Shown one piece after another: positions 34,214-43,632 of a stretch of 64,000 bases of DNA. The stretch's first letter is position 1, and each line of letters begins with the position of its first letter. The notes under the pieces were generated by a model. That model saw only the letters and a list, made by a program, of their open reading frames with translations. It was not told where the DNA came from and searched no databases. Position numbers and translations under genes: made by a program. This stretch comes from Victivallis vadensis (GTDB taxonomy: Bacteria > Verrucomicrobiota > Lentisphaeria > Victivallales > Victivallaceae): the NCBI GenBank assembly GCA_040391785.1, contig JBEBXH010000027.1, positions 1,500 through 65,499 of the forward strand, read 5' to 3'.

Positions 34214-36148
34214 ATGGCAAAAGGGACCGTTACCCAGAAAATTATTGATGCTCATTTCGTTTCCGGCGACAAGATCACCGGTTCACCGATTTCGATCAGA
34301 ATCGACCAGACGCTGACCCAGGACGCCACCGGCACCATGGCTTACCTCGAACTCGAGGCGATGCGGGTGCCGAAGGTCAAAACCGAGCTCTCCGTCTCTT
34401 ATGTCGACCACAATATGATGCAGAACGGACCGGAAAACCGCAACGACCACATGTATCTGCAGTCGGTCGCCGCGAATAAAGGCGTGCAGTTCTCCGCGCC
34501 CGGCAACGGTATTTGCCATCAGGTACACCTCGAGCGCTTCGGCGTGCCGGGCAAAACACTGCTCGGTTCCGACTCGCACACCCCGACCGGCGGCGGCATC
34601 GGCATGATGGCCATCGGCGCGGGCGGCCTCGACGTGGCGCTGGCCATGGCCGGCAAGCCGTTCCGTCTCGCGTATCCGAAGGTCGTCGGCGTGAAGCTGA
34701 CCGGCGAACTGCAGCCGTGGTGCGCCGCCAAGGATATCATTTTGAAAATGCTCTCGATCCTGACCACCAAGGGCAACGTCGGGTCGATTGTCGAATATTT
34801 CGGCCCGGGCGTCAAATCGCTCTCGGTGCCGCAGCGCGCCACCGTCACCAACATGGGGGCGGAGCTCGGTGTGACCACCTCGATTTTCCCGTCGGATGAC
34901 CGGACGCGCGACTTCCTCGCCGCCCAGAAGCGCGGTGCGCAGTGGGTTGAGCTGGTGGCCGACGCCGATGCCGAGTACGATCAGGTCATCGAAATCGACC
35001 TCGCGCAGATTGTGCCGCTGGCCGCTTGTCCGTCCAGCCCGGACAACATCAAAACCATTGCCGAAATGAAAGGCGGCAAGGTCAATCAGGTCATTATCGG
35101 CTCCTGTACCAACAGCTCGTACCGCGACCTCGCGATGGTGGCGAAAGTTCTGAAGGGCCGTCAGGTCTCGCAGGATGTGACGCTCTCGATCGCCCCCGGC
35201 AGCCGTCAGGTGCTGGAAATGCTGGCGCGCAACGGTATGCTGGCGGACATCATTGCCGCCGGGGCGCGTGTGCTGGAAACCGGCTGCGGGCCGTGCATCG
35301 GGCAGGGTCAGAGCCCGTCTGACGACACCGTGACCCTGCGGACATTTAACCGCAACTTCGCCGGGCGTACCGGCACCAAGGGCGACCAGGCGTATCTGGT
35401 CAGTCCCGAAACCGCCGTGGCCGCCGCGCTGACCGGTGAATTCACTGACCCGCGCAACCTCGGCATCGAATACCCGGAAGTCGCCGAACCGCAGGAATTC
35501 CTGATCAACGACAATCTGGTGTTCGCCCCCTCGGCGAATCCGGTCGAAATCATCCGCAAGCGGACCATTGGCGAGCCGCCGATGAACCAGCCGCTGCCGG
35601 AGAAACTCAACGGCGAAGTCGTGATCAAAGTCGGCGACAAAATCACCACCGACCACATCATGCCCGCCGGTGTTCACCTGAAACTGCGCAGCAATATTCC
35701 GGCTTATTCCAAAGTCGTTTTTGAATGCTTCACCGAGCCCGGCAAGCCGAGCTTCGCCGAGCGTGCCGCCTGCGTGCGCGATGCCGGCGGACACGGCGTG
35801 ATCGTGGCCCGCGACAGCTACGGGCAGGGGTCCTCCCGCGAACACGCGGCGATCTGCCCGATGTACCTGGGCGTGAAAGCCGTCATCGCTCTGGCGATCG
35901 AGCGGATTCACTCGGCCAATTTGATCAACTTCGGGATCGTGCCGCTGACCTTTGTCAATCCGGCCGATTACGACCTGATTAACGAAGGCGACGCCATCGT
36001 CATCGAAAACCTGCCGCAGCAGCTGCAGTCCGGTAACACGGTCAAGGCCAGAATTCCGGGCGGCGTCGAGATTACCCTGAACCACAAGCTCTCCGACGAA
36101 GATCTGCGGATCGTTCTCGCCGGCGGCATGCTCAACTGCGCGGACTGA
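34214..36148 (+). CDS. aconitate hydratase (644-aa form)
   Basis: GSDSHT and GSCTNSS Fe-S ligand motifs, plus a C-terminal swivel domain. Confidence 0.88.
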   Translation: MAKGTVTQKIIDAHFVSGDKITGSPISIRIDQTLTQDATGTMAYLELEAMRVPKVKTELSVSYVDHNMMQNGPENRNDHMYLQSVAANKGVQFSAPGNGICHQVHLERFGVPGKTLLGSDSHTPTGGGIGMMAIGAGGLDVALAMAGKPFRLAYPKVVGVKLTGELQPWCAAKDIILKMLSILTTKGNVGSIVEYFGPGVKSLSVPQRATVTNMGAELGVTTSIFPSDDRTRDFLAAQKRGAQWVELVADADAEYDQVIEIDLAQIVPLAACPSSPDNIKTIAEMKGGKVNQVIIGSCTNSSYRDLAMVAKVLKGRQVSQDVTLSIAPGSRQVLEMLARNGMLADIIAAGARVLETGCGPCIGQGQSPSDDTVTLRTFNRNFAGRTGTKGDQAYLVSPETAVAAALTGEFTDPRNLGIEYPEVAEPQEFLINDNLVFAPSANPVEIIRKRTIGEPPMNQPLPEKLNGEVVIKVGDKITTDHIMPAGVHLKLRSNIPAYSKVVFECFTEPGKPSFAERAACVRDAGGHGVIVARDSYGQGSSREHAAICPMYLGVKAVIALAIERIHSANLINFGIVPLTFVNPADYDLINEGDAIVIENLPQQLQSGNTVKARIPGGVEITLNHKLSDEDLRIVLAGGMLNCAD

Positions 36149-36152
36149 TATT

Positions 36153-36866
36153 ATGAATTTGAAACAAATGATACCGGGGGATTGGCGCCGGGAGCTTGAA
36201 GAAGCGACCAGCGCTCCGTCCTTTGCCGCGCTCGAGGAAAAACTCTCCGAGGAATACGAGGAACAGACCATTTTTCCGATGCAGAAGCACATTTTCAGCG
36301 CGTTGCGGCTGACCCCGTACGCGGACCTGAAGGTGGTGATCCTGGGGCAGGACCCGTATCATGACGATGGACAGGCGCACGGGCTGGCGTTTTCGGTCCG
36401 CCCCGGCGTTAAATATCCGCCGTCACTGAAAAATATTTTCAAAGAGCTGCAGGAAGACCTCGGCTGTGTGCCGCCGGAAAGCGGCTGCCTGGAAACCTGG
36501 GCCGAGCAGGGCGTGTTGCTGCTGAACACCGTGCTCACGGTGCGTGCCCACGAGGCTGCTTCCCACCAGAAAATGGGCTGGGAAGAGTTCACCGACGGGG
36601 TGATCAAGGCCGTGAACCGCCGCGAGAAGCCGGTGATTTTCGTGCTCTGGGGCAAGCCGGCGCAGAAGAAATTGGCGCTGATCGACCAGTCGCGGCACAT
36701 GGTGCTGCAGTCGGCGCATCCGTCGCCGCTCTCCGCCTACACCGGATTTTTCGGCAGCAGGCCGTTTTCCAAGATCAATCAGGAACTGGCGCGCCGCGGC
36801 GAGGAACCGATTTACTGGACCAGCGAAGCCGCGGACGTGATGGGACAGGGAGAGTTCGATTTCTGA
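36153..36866 (+). CDS. ung: uracil-DNA glycosylase
   Basis: GQDPYH, LLLNTVLTV and HPSPLS motifs. Confidence 0.93.
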   Translation: MNLKQMIPGDWRRELEEATSAPSFAALEEKLSEEYEEQTIFPMQKHIFSALRLTPYADLKVVILGQDPYHDDGQAHGLAFSVRPGVKYPPSLKNIFKELQEDLGCVPPESGCLETWAEQGVLLLNTVLTVRAHEAASHQKMGWEEFTDGVIKAVNRREKPVIFVLWGKPAQKKLALIDQSRHMVLQSAHPSPLSAYTGFFGSRPFSKINQELARRGEEPIYWTSEAADVMGQGEFDF

Positions 36867-36868
36867 AC

Positions 36869-37624
36869 ATGAAGATCGCGCTTTGCATCAAACAGGTGCC
36901 CGATACCCGCAGTGTCCGGATGGACGAAGCCACCGGGACCGTGGTGCGCGAAGGCGTGGAACTGATTGTCAATCCGCTCGACCTCTATGCCATCGAACTG
37001 GCGCTGCAGCTCAAGGAACAGCATAACGCCGAAGTCGATGCGTTTACCATGGGGCCGCCGCAGGCCGCCGGGGCGCTGCGCGAGGCGATTGCCATGAGCG
37101 CCGACCGGGGTTTTCTGATTAGCGGGCGCGAGTTCGCCGGTTCCGACACCTGGAGTACCGCTTATGTGCTGGCCGCGGCCATTCGTCAACAGGGCCCTTA
37201 CGACCTTATCATTTGCGGCGAACGCGCCACCGACGGCGACACGGGGCAGGTCGGCCCGGGCATTGCCGCCGCGCTGGATTTGCCGGTGGCCGCTTATGTG
37301 AATCATTTATTGAAACTGGACGCCAAATCCTGCGAATTGACCCGTCTTACCGAGCATGGTAGCGAAAAGCTGCGGATGGCCCTGCCGGGCGTGATCACGG
37401 TGGTCAAAGAGATCGGCGAGCCGCGTTTGCCGACACTGCGCGGCAAATTGCGCGCCAAAACGCAGGAAATTCCAATCTTGAAATTGGATTTGGACCCCAC
37501 GCTGTTGGGCCTGAAAGGTTCGCCGACGCGAGTGGTGAAAATATTTCATCCGCAAATGACCCGTCAGTGCATCAAAGGGGATATCGGACAGGCCGTCGAA
37601 TTCCTTCGCGAGGTGATCTCGTGA
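36869..37624 (+). CDS. etfB: electron transfer flavoprotein beta subunit
   Basis: MKIALCIKQVPD...NPLDLYAIELAL. Confidence 0.9.
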   Translation: MKIALCIKQVPDTRSVRMDEATGTVVREGVELIVNPLDLYAIELALQLKEQHNAEVDAFTMGPPQAAGALREAIAMSADRGFLISGREFAGSDTWSTAYVLAAAIRQQGPYDLIICGERATDGDTGQVGPGIAAALDLPVAAYVNHLLKLDAKSCELTRLTEHGSEKLRMALPGVITVVKEIGEPRLPTLRGKLRAKTQEIPILKLDLDPTLLGLKGSPTRVVKIFHPQMTRQCIKGDIGQAVEFLREVIS

Positions 37625-38613
37625 TCTGGATCTTAGCGGAACAATTCAACGGCCGGATCGAGCGGATTTCGTTCGAGCTGTTGACCCGCGCGAAAAATTT
37701 GAATGCCGGGAACGTCGGCGTTTTGCTGATCGGGCCGCCGCTCGGTGACGACGAGTTGATGCGCCTGATCGCCTGTGGCGTCTCGCGTGTGGTCGCCTAC
37801 GAGAGCCCGCAGATGGCGCATTTCCTGATCGAGCCGCACGTTTATTGCCTTCAGGATTTTGTCAAAGCAAATCATCCGGAAATACTGCTCGCCGGAGCCA
37901 CCGCCTACGGGCGCACGCTGATGCCTTACGCGGCGATGAAGCTGCACACCGGGCTGACCGCCGATTGCACCGAGCTTGCCATTGAGCCGGAGACTGGATT
38001 GTTGCTGCAGACGCGCCCGGCCATTGGCGGCAACATTATGGCCACGATCAAGTGCCCCGCATACCGTCCGCAAATGGCGACGATTCGTCCGCATTCGACC
38101 ACCCCCGCGCAGCCGGAGGCCGGGCGCAACGGCGAGATCGACCGGATCGCCATCGAAGGACTGCCGGAGAGCCGGATGGAAGTACTGGATTTTGAGGCGT
38201 TTACCGATGAATTGAATTTAAATGATGCCGAGCGTGTGGTCGTGGTCGGGCGCGGCATCAAGAAGCCGGAAAACCTGCCGATGGTGTTTGAGCTCGCCAA
38301 AGTGTTGGGCGCGGCGGTGGGAGCCACCCGCGAGGTGGTCGACCGCGGTTGGCTGGATTATCAGCACCAGATTGGGTTGAGCGGCAAAACGATTAACCCG
38401 AAGTTTTATCTGGGGATTGGCGTCTCGGGCGCGATTCAGCATCTTGCCGGCATGCAGAACGCCGGCAAGATCATGGCGGTGAACAAGGACCCCGAAGCGC
38501 AGATTTTCAAAGTGGCGGATTTCGGATTGGTCGGCGATCTTTTTGAAATCGTGCCGGAGCTGACGCGGCAGTTGAAACAGGGAGAGGCGGCATGGCTGAA
38601 TACGGCAAAGTAA
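37621..38613 (+). CDS. etfA: electron transfer flavoprotein alpha subunit
   Basis: The GTG start overlaps the etfB stop (GTGA). The C-terminal FAD-binding block reads YLGIGVSGAIQHLAGM. Confidence 0.9.
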   Translation: MIWILAEQFNGRIERISFELLTRAKNLNAGNVGVLLIGPPLGDDELMRLIACGVSRVVAYESPQMAHFLIEPHVYCLQDFVKANHPEILLAGATAYGRTLMPYAAMKLHTGLTADCTELAIEPETGLLLQTRPAIGGNIMATIKCPAYRPQMATIRPHSTTPAQPEAGRNGEIDRIAIEGLPESRMEVLDFEAFTDELNLNDAERVVVVGRGIKKPENLPMVFELAKVLGAAVGATREVVDRGWLDYQHQIGLSGKTINPKFYLGIGVSGAIQHLAGMQNAGKIMAVNKDPEAQIFKVADFGLVGDLFEIVPELTRQLKQGEAAWLNTAK

Positions 38614-40019
38614 CCCCGGAAATCGTGGCGGAACTGCACGGCATCTGCGGCCCGGAATACGTGATTTACAACGATCCGGAAGCCATGGAAGGTTATTCGC
38701 GCGACGAGTCGCCCGGCAAGAAATACGGCGTTATGCCCGAGGCGGTGGTTCGTCCAACGGACGCGGCGCAGATTGCCGCGATCATGCAGCTGGCGAACCG
38801 AGAACGCATTCCGGTGACGCCGCGCGGGGCGGGCTCCGGGCTCTCCGGCGGCGCGGTGCCGGTGTACGGCGGTATCGTGCTCGCCACCGATCGCATGAAC
38901 CGGATTCTGGAGCTCGACCGGCCGAATATGATGATCGTGGTCGAGCCGGGTGTGATCGCCAATGATATCAATGAATTTCTGCGCGAATACAAGCTGTTTT
39001 ACGCGGGGTATCCGATGAGCCTCGAAACGTGTTTCATCGGCGGCAATATCGCTGAAAACGCGGGCGGCGGCAAGGCAGTCAAGTACGGCGTTACGGCGCG
39101 TTATGTGCTTGGATTGGAAGTGGTCACGCCGACTGGTAAGATCGTCGAATACGGCGGTAAGCTCCTGAAGGATGTGACCGGGTTCAACATGGTGCAATTG
39201 ATGGTCGGTTCCGAGGGGACGCTGGGCGTGGTGACGAAGATCATTTTGAAGCTGCTGCCGCTGCCGGCTTACCAGACCGATCTGCTGTGCTTGTTCGACT
39301 CGCCCGAGCGGGCGATTGCGCTGGTGCCGGAGATCATCACCAACACCGGGATTACACCGACCTCGATCGAATTCATGGACAGCGCCTCGGTGCGGACCTC
39401 GTGCAAGTACTTGAACGAGTCGCTGCCGTACGACAAATGCGGCGCCATGCTGCTGATTACCGTGGACGGCGTCGACCGGGCGGCGGTCGAACGGGATTAC
39501 GAGACGGTCGGGCTGTATTGTCAGGAGAACGGCGCGAGCGAGGTGTATGTGGCGGACAATCCGCTGACCTCCGAGCGCATCTGGAAAATCCGCAAAAATA
39601 TCCCGGACGCCTACAATATTTACTCGACCCGTCAGAGCGGCGAGGATCTGGTGGTGCCGCCCGCCTCGATTCCGTTCGTGCTGAAAAAGCTCTACGGCAT
39701 CGCGGAAAGTTACGGCGTGATCATCCCGTGCTACGGCCACGCCGGGGACGGCAACATTCACGCCCGGATCATCTGCCCGCCCGACTGGAGCAATGAAAAA
39801 TGGCAGCAGATCCTGCCGGAAATCCTGAAGAATGTTTATACCGACATTGCCACCGTCGGCGGCCGGATTTCCGGCGAACACGGCATCGGCTGCAAGCGCA
39901 AGGACTACATGAAATATGTGGTTTCGGAGGAATATCTGGATGTTTTGCGGGCGATCAAGAAGGCTCTGGACCCAAATAATATTCTCAATCCCGGTAAAAT
40001 AATTGATATTTTCTCCTGA
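38592..40019 (+). CDS. FAD-linked oxidase (GlcD / D-lactate dehydrogenase family)
   Basis: FAD_binding_4 block reads RIPVTPRGAGSGLSGGAVP. The C-terminal block reads GGRISGEHGIG. It overlaps the end of etfA. Confidence 0.85.
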   Translation: MAEYGKVTPEIVAELHGICGPEYVIYNDPEAMEGYSRDESPGKKYGVMPEAVVRPTDAAQIAAIMQLANRERIPVTPRGAGSGLSGGAVPVYGGIVLATDRMNRILELDRPNMMIVVEPGVIANDINEFLREYKLFYAGYPMSLETCFIGGNIAENAGGGKAVKYGVTARYVLGLEVVTPTGKIVEYGGKLLKDVTGFNMVQLMVGSEGTLGVVTKIILKLLPLPAYQTDLLCLFDSPERAIALVPEIITNTGITPTSIEFMDSASVRTSCKYLNESLPYDKCGAMLLITVDGVDRAAVERDYETVGLYCQENGASEVYVADNPLTSERIWKIRKNIPDAYNIYSTRQSGEDLVVPPASIPFVLKKLYGIAESYGVIIPCYGHAGDGNIHARIICPPDWSNEKWQQILPEILKNVYTDIATVGGRISGEHGIGCKRKDYMKYVVSEEYLDVLRAIKKALDPNNILNPGKIIDIFS

Positions 40020-40045
40020 TGGCTCTATATTACCTCATTATAGAA

Positions 40046-40149
40046 TTGAAAGTTGAAAATTGAAAATTGAAAATTATTGGGAATCGCAAAGAACGAACTT
40101 TCTGAAGAAGAGTTTCTTTCATTTTCCACTTTCCATTTTCCATTTTCCA
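40046..40149. repeat. two inverted arrays of four heptamers
   Basis: TTGAAAG-TTGAAAA x3 at 40046-40073. TTTTCCA-CTTTCCA-TTTTCCA x2 at 40122-40149. The arms are complementary except for one mismatch per heptad. Confidence 0.75.
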
Positions 40150-40167
40150 TTTTAAAAGGAGCCTCTT

Positions 40168-40446
40168 ATGGAGAAGATATCTTTTGATGGTTTGAGTTTT
40201 GAAACATACACGATTCCGACCACCAACAGTGCCGTATTGATGATCAAAGGCAGCAAGGGATTTCTGGGTTGCCGGTATTTCAATCTCGAGATCGCGGAGC
40301 GCCTTGGCGACGCGGTGGCGGTGGTCTCCGCCAAAAATATCGACACGATGCTGGACGCGGAAGTGCTGGGTGTGAGCCCGAAGGCCGCTGAACTCGGCGT
40401 TACCCCCGGCATGTCCGGCAAAGACGCCCTGAAACGGATGGTGTGA
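40168..40446 (+). CDS. DUF1805 (YunC-like) protein
   Basis: 92 aa. The LMIKGSKGFLGCRYFNLEIAERLGDAVAVV block is typical of DUF1805. Confidence 0.6.
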   Translation: MEKISFDGLSFETYTIPTTNSAVLMIKGSKGFLGCRYFNLEIAERLGDAVAVVSAKNIDTMLDAEVLGVSPKAAELGVTPGMSGKDALKRMV

Positions 40447-40448
40447 AT

Positions 40449-41570
40449 ATGAAAATTGTCATCGACGATAAAATACCTTTCAGCAAAGGCGTGTTCGAAC
40501 CCATGGCGGAGGTGCTTTACCAGCCCGGCGCCGCCATCAATGCCCACAGCGTGGCCGACGCCGACGCGCTGATTACCCGTACCCGGACCAAGTGCAACGC
40601 CGCTTTGCTGACGGGCTCGGCGGTTAAATTTGCCGCCACGGCCACCATCGGCTATGACCACTTCGACACGGATTATCTGGATTCGCACAACATCTGCTGG
40701 ACCAATGCGCCCGGCTGCAATTCGAGCTCAGTGGCGCAATACATCACCTCGGCGCTGCTGAATCTGGCGGTGAAGCACGGTTTCAAGCTGGAGGGCAAGA
40801 CGCTCGGCGTGATCGGCGTGGGCAACGTCGGCAGCAAGGTCGCCAAAGTCGGACAGGCGCTCGGCATGAAGGTATTGCTGAACGACCCGCCGCGGGCCGA
40901 GTGCGAGGGCAAAGCCGGGTTCGTGGGGCTCGATGAGATTCTGGCGCAAGCCGATGTGGTGACCACTCACGTGCCGCTGGAAAAGAGTGGGAAGTATCCG
41001 ACATTTCACATGGCGGGTAAATCGTTTTTCGACCGGATGAAATCCGGCGCGTTTTATATCAACTCCTCGCGCGGCGAGGTTTGCGACGGCAATGCCTTGA
41101 AAACGGTATTGAAATCCGGCAAGCTGGCCGGTTCGGTGCTCGACGTGTGGGAAGAGGAACCGGATATCGACCTCGAACTGCTGGCGCTGGTCGACTACGG
41201 CACGCCGCATATCGCGGGGTATTCGACCGATGGCAAGGCCAACGGCACGGCGATGAGCGTCAACGCGCTGGCGAAGTTCTTCGATCTGCCGCTGGTCGAC
41301 TGGTACCCGAACAATGTGCCGATGCCGCCCGAGCCGAACATCAAGGCAGAGGATACCGGCGATTTTGAACGGGATTTGCTGAAAATAGTCAATGTGTCTT
41401 ATGATATCACCCGGGACAGCGACGGGCTGCGGAAGTCCGTGGAAACGTTTGAGAAACAGCGCGGGGACTACCCGCTGCGCCGCGAATTCCCGGTTTACGT
41501 GGTGCACGGTACGCTCGGCGACAAGCTGCGCGACGCCGTGCTCGGTCTCGGATTCCAATACAGGAAATAA
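40449..41570 (+). CDS. pdxB: 4-phosphoerythronate dehydrogenase
   Basis: MKIVIDDKIPF N-terminus, a GVIGVGNVGS NAD-binding motif, and about 375 aa. Confidence 0.8.
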   Translation: MKIVIDDKIPFSKGVFEPMAEVLYQPGAAINAHSVADADALITRTRTKCNAALLTGSAVKFAATATIGYDHFDTDYLDSHNICWTNAPGCNSSSVAQYITSALLNLAVKHGFKLEGKTLGVIGVGNVGSKVAKVGQALGMKVLLNDPPRAECEGKAGFVGLDEILAQADVVTTHVPLEKSGKYPTFHMAGKSFFDRMKSGAFYINSSRGEVCDGNALKTVLKSGKLAGSVLDVWEEEPDIDLELLALVDYGTPHIAGYSTDGKANGTAMSVNALAKFFDLPLVDWYPNNVPMPPEPNIKAEDTGDFERDLLKIVNVSYDITRDSDGLRKSVETFEKQRGDYPLRREFPVYVVHGTLGDKLRDAVLGLGFQYRK

Positions 41571-41572
41571 TT

Positions 41573-42793
41573 ATGTACAATGCCGTAATCTGCCGTTACC
41601 ATGAAATTGCCACCAAAGGCAACAACCGCAATATGTTCGAAAACCAGCTGGTCGAAAACCTGCGCTATCTGCTGCGCGGTGTGGCGGACCTGAAAATCGC
41701 CAAGGTCCGCGGCCGCATCTGGGTCTCGCGCAAGGATAAACAGGTGTTCACGGGCGATGAGCTCTCCGCCATCAAAAAACAGCTCGGCTATGCGTTCGGA
41801 ATCGAGTCGTTTTCGCCGGTGATTATGGGGCCGAGCAACATCGAGTTCCTGCGCGACACGGTCAAGCATTACGCGGGCGGATTTTTCGAGGCGGCATTTG
41901 CGAAACACGACAAGGTGGCGTTTGCCGTGCGCGCCCGCCGCAGCGACAAGCATTTTCCGATGACCTCCAAGGATATCGAGATCGATATCGCCGAGATCAT
42001 CGATAGCCATTTCAACCGCAACGACGGGCTGTACGTGAACCTGACGGAACCGGAAATCACGGTTTATTGCGAGGTGCGCGACGAATTTTCGTTTGTCTAT
42101 TTCGAACAGGCCAAGGGGCCGGGCGGGCTGCCGGTGGGGAGCAATCCGCCGGTGCTGGCGCTGCTCTCCGGCGGCATTGACTCGCCGGTGGCCTGCAATA
42201 TGCTGATGAAGCGCGGCTGTCGGGTGCATTATGTGACGTTTCACAGCGATCCCTACACGCCGCCCGAGACTTGCGAAAAGGTCCGGAAGATGGCCGATTC
42301 GCTGAACCAGTGGCAGCGCCCGGGCAAGCTTTTTCTCTGTAACCTGGCGGAGATCCAGAAGGCGATTCGCGACAATTGCAACGCGCGCTACCGCACCGTG
42401 TTGTACCGGCGGATGATGTTCCGGATCGCCGAGAAGCTGATGAACCGCTGCGGGGCGAAGGCGCTTGTGACCGGCGAATCGGTGGGGCAGGTGGCCAGCC
42501 AGACGATTGTGAACCTGGGCACGACCAACAGCGCCGTCAGCGCGCTGGTGCTGCGTCCGCTGATCGGCATGGACAAGAGCGAAGCCATCGACATCGCGCG
42601 GCGGATCGGCACGTTTGAGCTTTCCAGCTGGCAGGTGCCGGACAGCTGCACGGTGTTCGCGCCGGACCAGCCCGCCACCTCGGTGCCGCTGGACAAAGCG
42701 CTGTTCGAGGAAGAGCAGCTCGGCGACTACGACGCCATGCTCAACGAAGTCGTGGAAAATTGCGAAGTTTACATAGGAGGAGAAGCCAAATGA
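41573..42793 (+). CDS. thiI: tRNA 4-thiouridine synthase
   Basis: [11 protein letters not shown] (THUMP region) and the PP-loop [11 protein letters not shown]. Confidence 0.9.
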   Translation: MYNAVICRYHEIATKGNNRNMFENQLVENLRYLLRGVADLKIAKVRGRIWVSRKDKQVFTGDELSAIKKQLGYAFGIESFSPVIMGPSNIEFLRDTVKHYAGGFFEAAFAKHDKVAFAVRARRSDKHFPMTSKDIEIDIAEIIDSHFNRNDGLYVNLTEPEITVYCEVRDEFSFVYFEQAKGPGGLPVGSNPPVLALLSGGIDSPVACNMLMKRGCRVHYVTFHSDPYTPPETCEKVRKMADSLNQWQRPGKLFLCNLAEIQKAIRDNCNARYRTVLYRRMMFRIAEKLMNRCGAKALVTGESVGQVASQTIVNLGTTNSAVSALVLRPLIGMDKSEAIDIARRIGTFELSSWQVPDSCTVFAPDQPATSVPLDKALFEEEQLGDYDAMLNEVVENCEVYIGGEAK

Positions 42794-43632
42794 AGTACAT
42801 CGGAGCACATGTCAGCAGCAGCGGCGGGGTGGAGAACGCGCCGTTGAACGCGCATAAAATCGGGGCGAATGCATTCGCGTTGTTTACGAAAAATCAGCAG
42901 CAGTGGCATGCTACGCCGCTGGGCGAGGCGAATATCGCGGCATTCAAGGAAAACTGTAAGAAGTTGAATTTCCCGGCGGAGGCGATTCTGCCGCATGACA
43001 GTTATTTGATCAACCTCGGGCAGCCGACCGAAGAAGGACTGGAGAAGTCCCGCAAGGCGTTCAATGACGAGGTAAAGCGTTGTCATCAGTTAGGGTTGAT
43101 TTACCTGAACTTTCATCCGGGCGCGCATTTGAACCAGATCAGCGAGGACGAATGTCTGGCGCGGATCGCGGAGTCGCTGAATATCGCGCATCAGGAAGTG
43201 CCGGAAGTGATCACCGTCATCGAAAACACGGCGGGGCAGGGCTCGAACGTGGGATTTAAATTTGAGCATCTGGCGAAGATCATCGAGCAGGTCAAGGATC
43301 AGAAACGGGTGGCGGTGTGCCTGGATACCTGCCATACGTTTGCGGGCGGTTATGACCTGCGGACCGAGGAAGAATGCGAGGCGACTTTCGCTGAATTCGA
43401 CCGGATCGTCGGTTTCAAGTGGCTCAAAGGGATGCACCTGAACGATGCCAAATCCGATTTTGACAGTCACGTGGACCGCCACAATTCGCTCGGCAAGGGA
43501 AACCTCGGCGAGGCGGTTTTCCGGTATATCATGAAGGATAAGCGTTTCGACGGTATCCCGCTGATTCTGGAGACGATCGAGCCGGAACTGTGGCCGGAAG
43601 AGATCAAGTGGCTCAGGAGTCTGGAGAAATAA
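42790..43632 (+). CDS. nfo: endonuclease IV
   Basis: [13 protein letters not shown]...NFHPGAH...LDTCH. ATGA overlap with thiI. Confidence 0.92.
   Translation: MKYIGAHVSSSGGVENAPLNAHKIGANAFALFTKNQQQWHATPLGEANIAAFKENCKKLNFPAEAILPHDSYLINLGQPTEEGLEKSRKAFNDEVKRCHQLGLIYLNFHPGAHLNQISEDECLARIAESLNIAHQEVPEVITVIENTAGQGSNVGFKFEHLAKIIEQVKDQKRVAVCLDTCHTFAGGYDLRTEEECEATFAEFDRIVGFKWLKGMHLNDAKSDFDSHVDRHNSLGKGNLGEAVFRYIMKDKRFDGIPLILETIEPELWPEEIKWLRSLEK

Noticed and set aside
34283-36292. 669-aa minus-strand ORF
   Set aside because: It lies antisense to the aconitase gene, which has its Fe-S ligand motifs on the plus strand. This is a shadow ORF.
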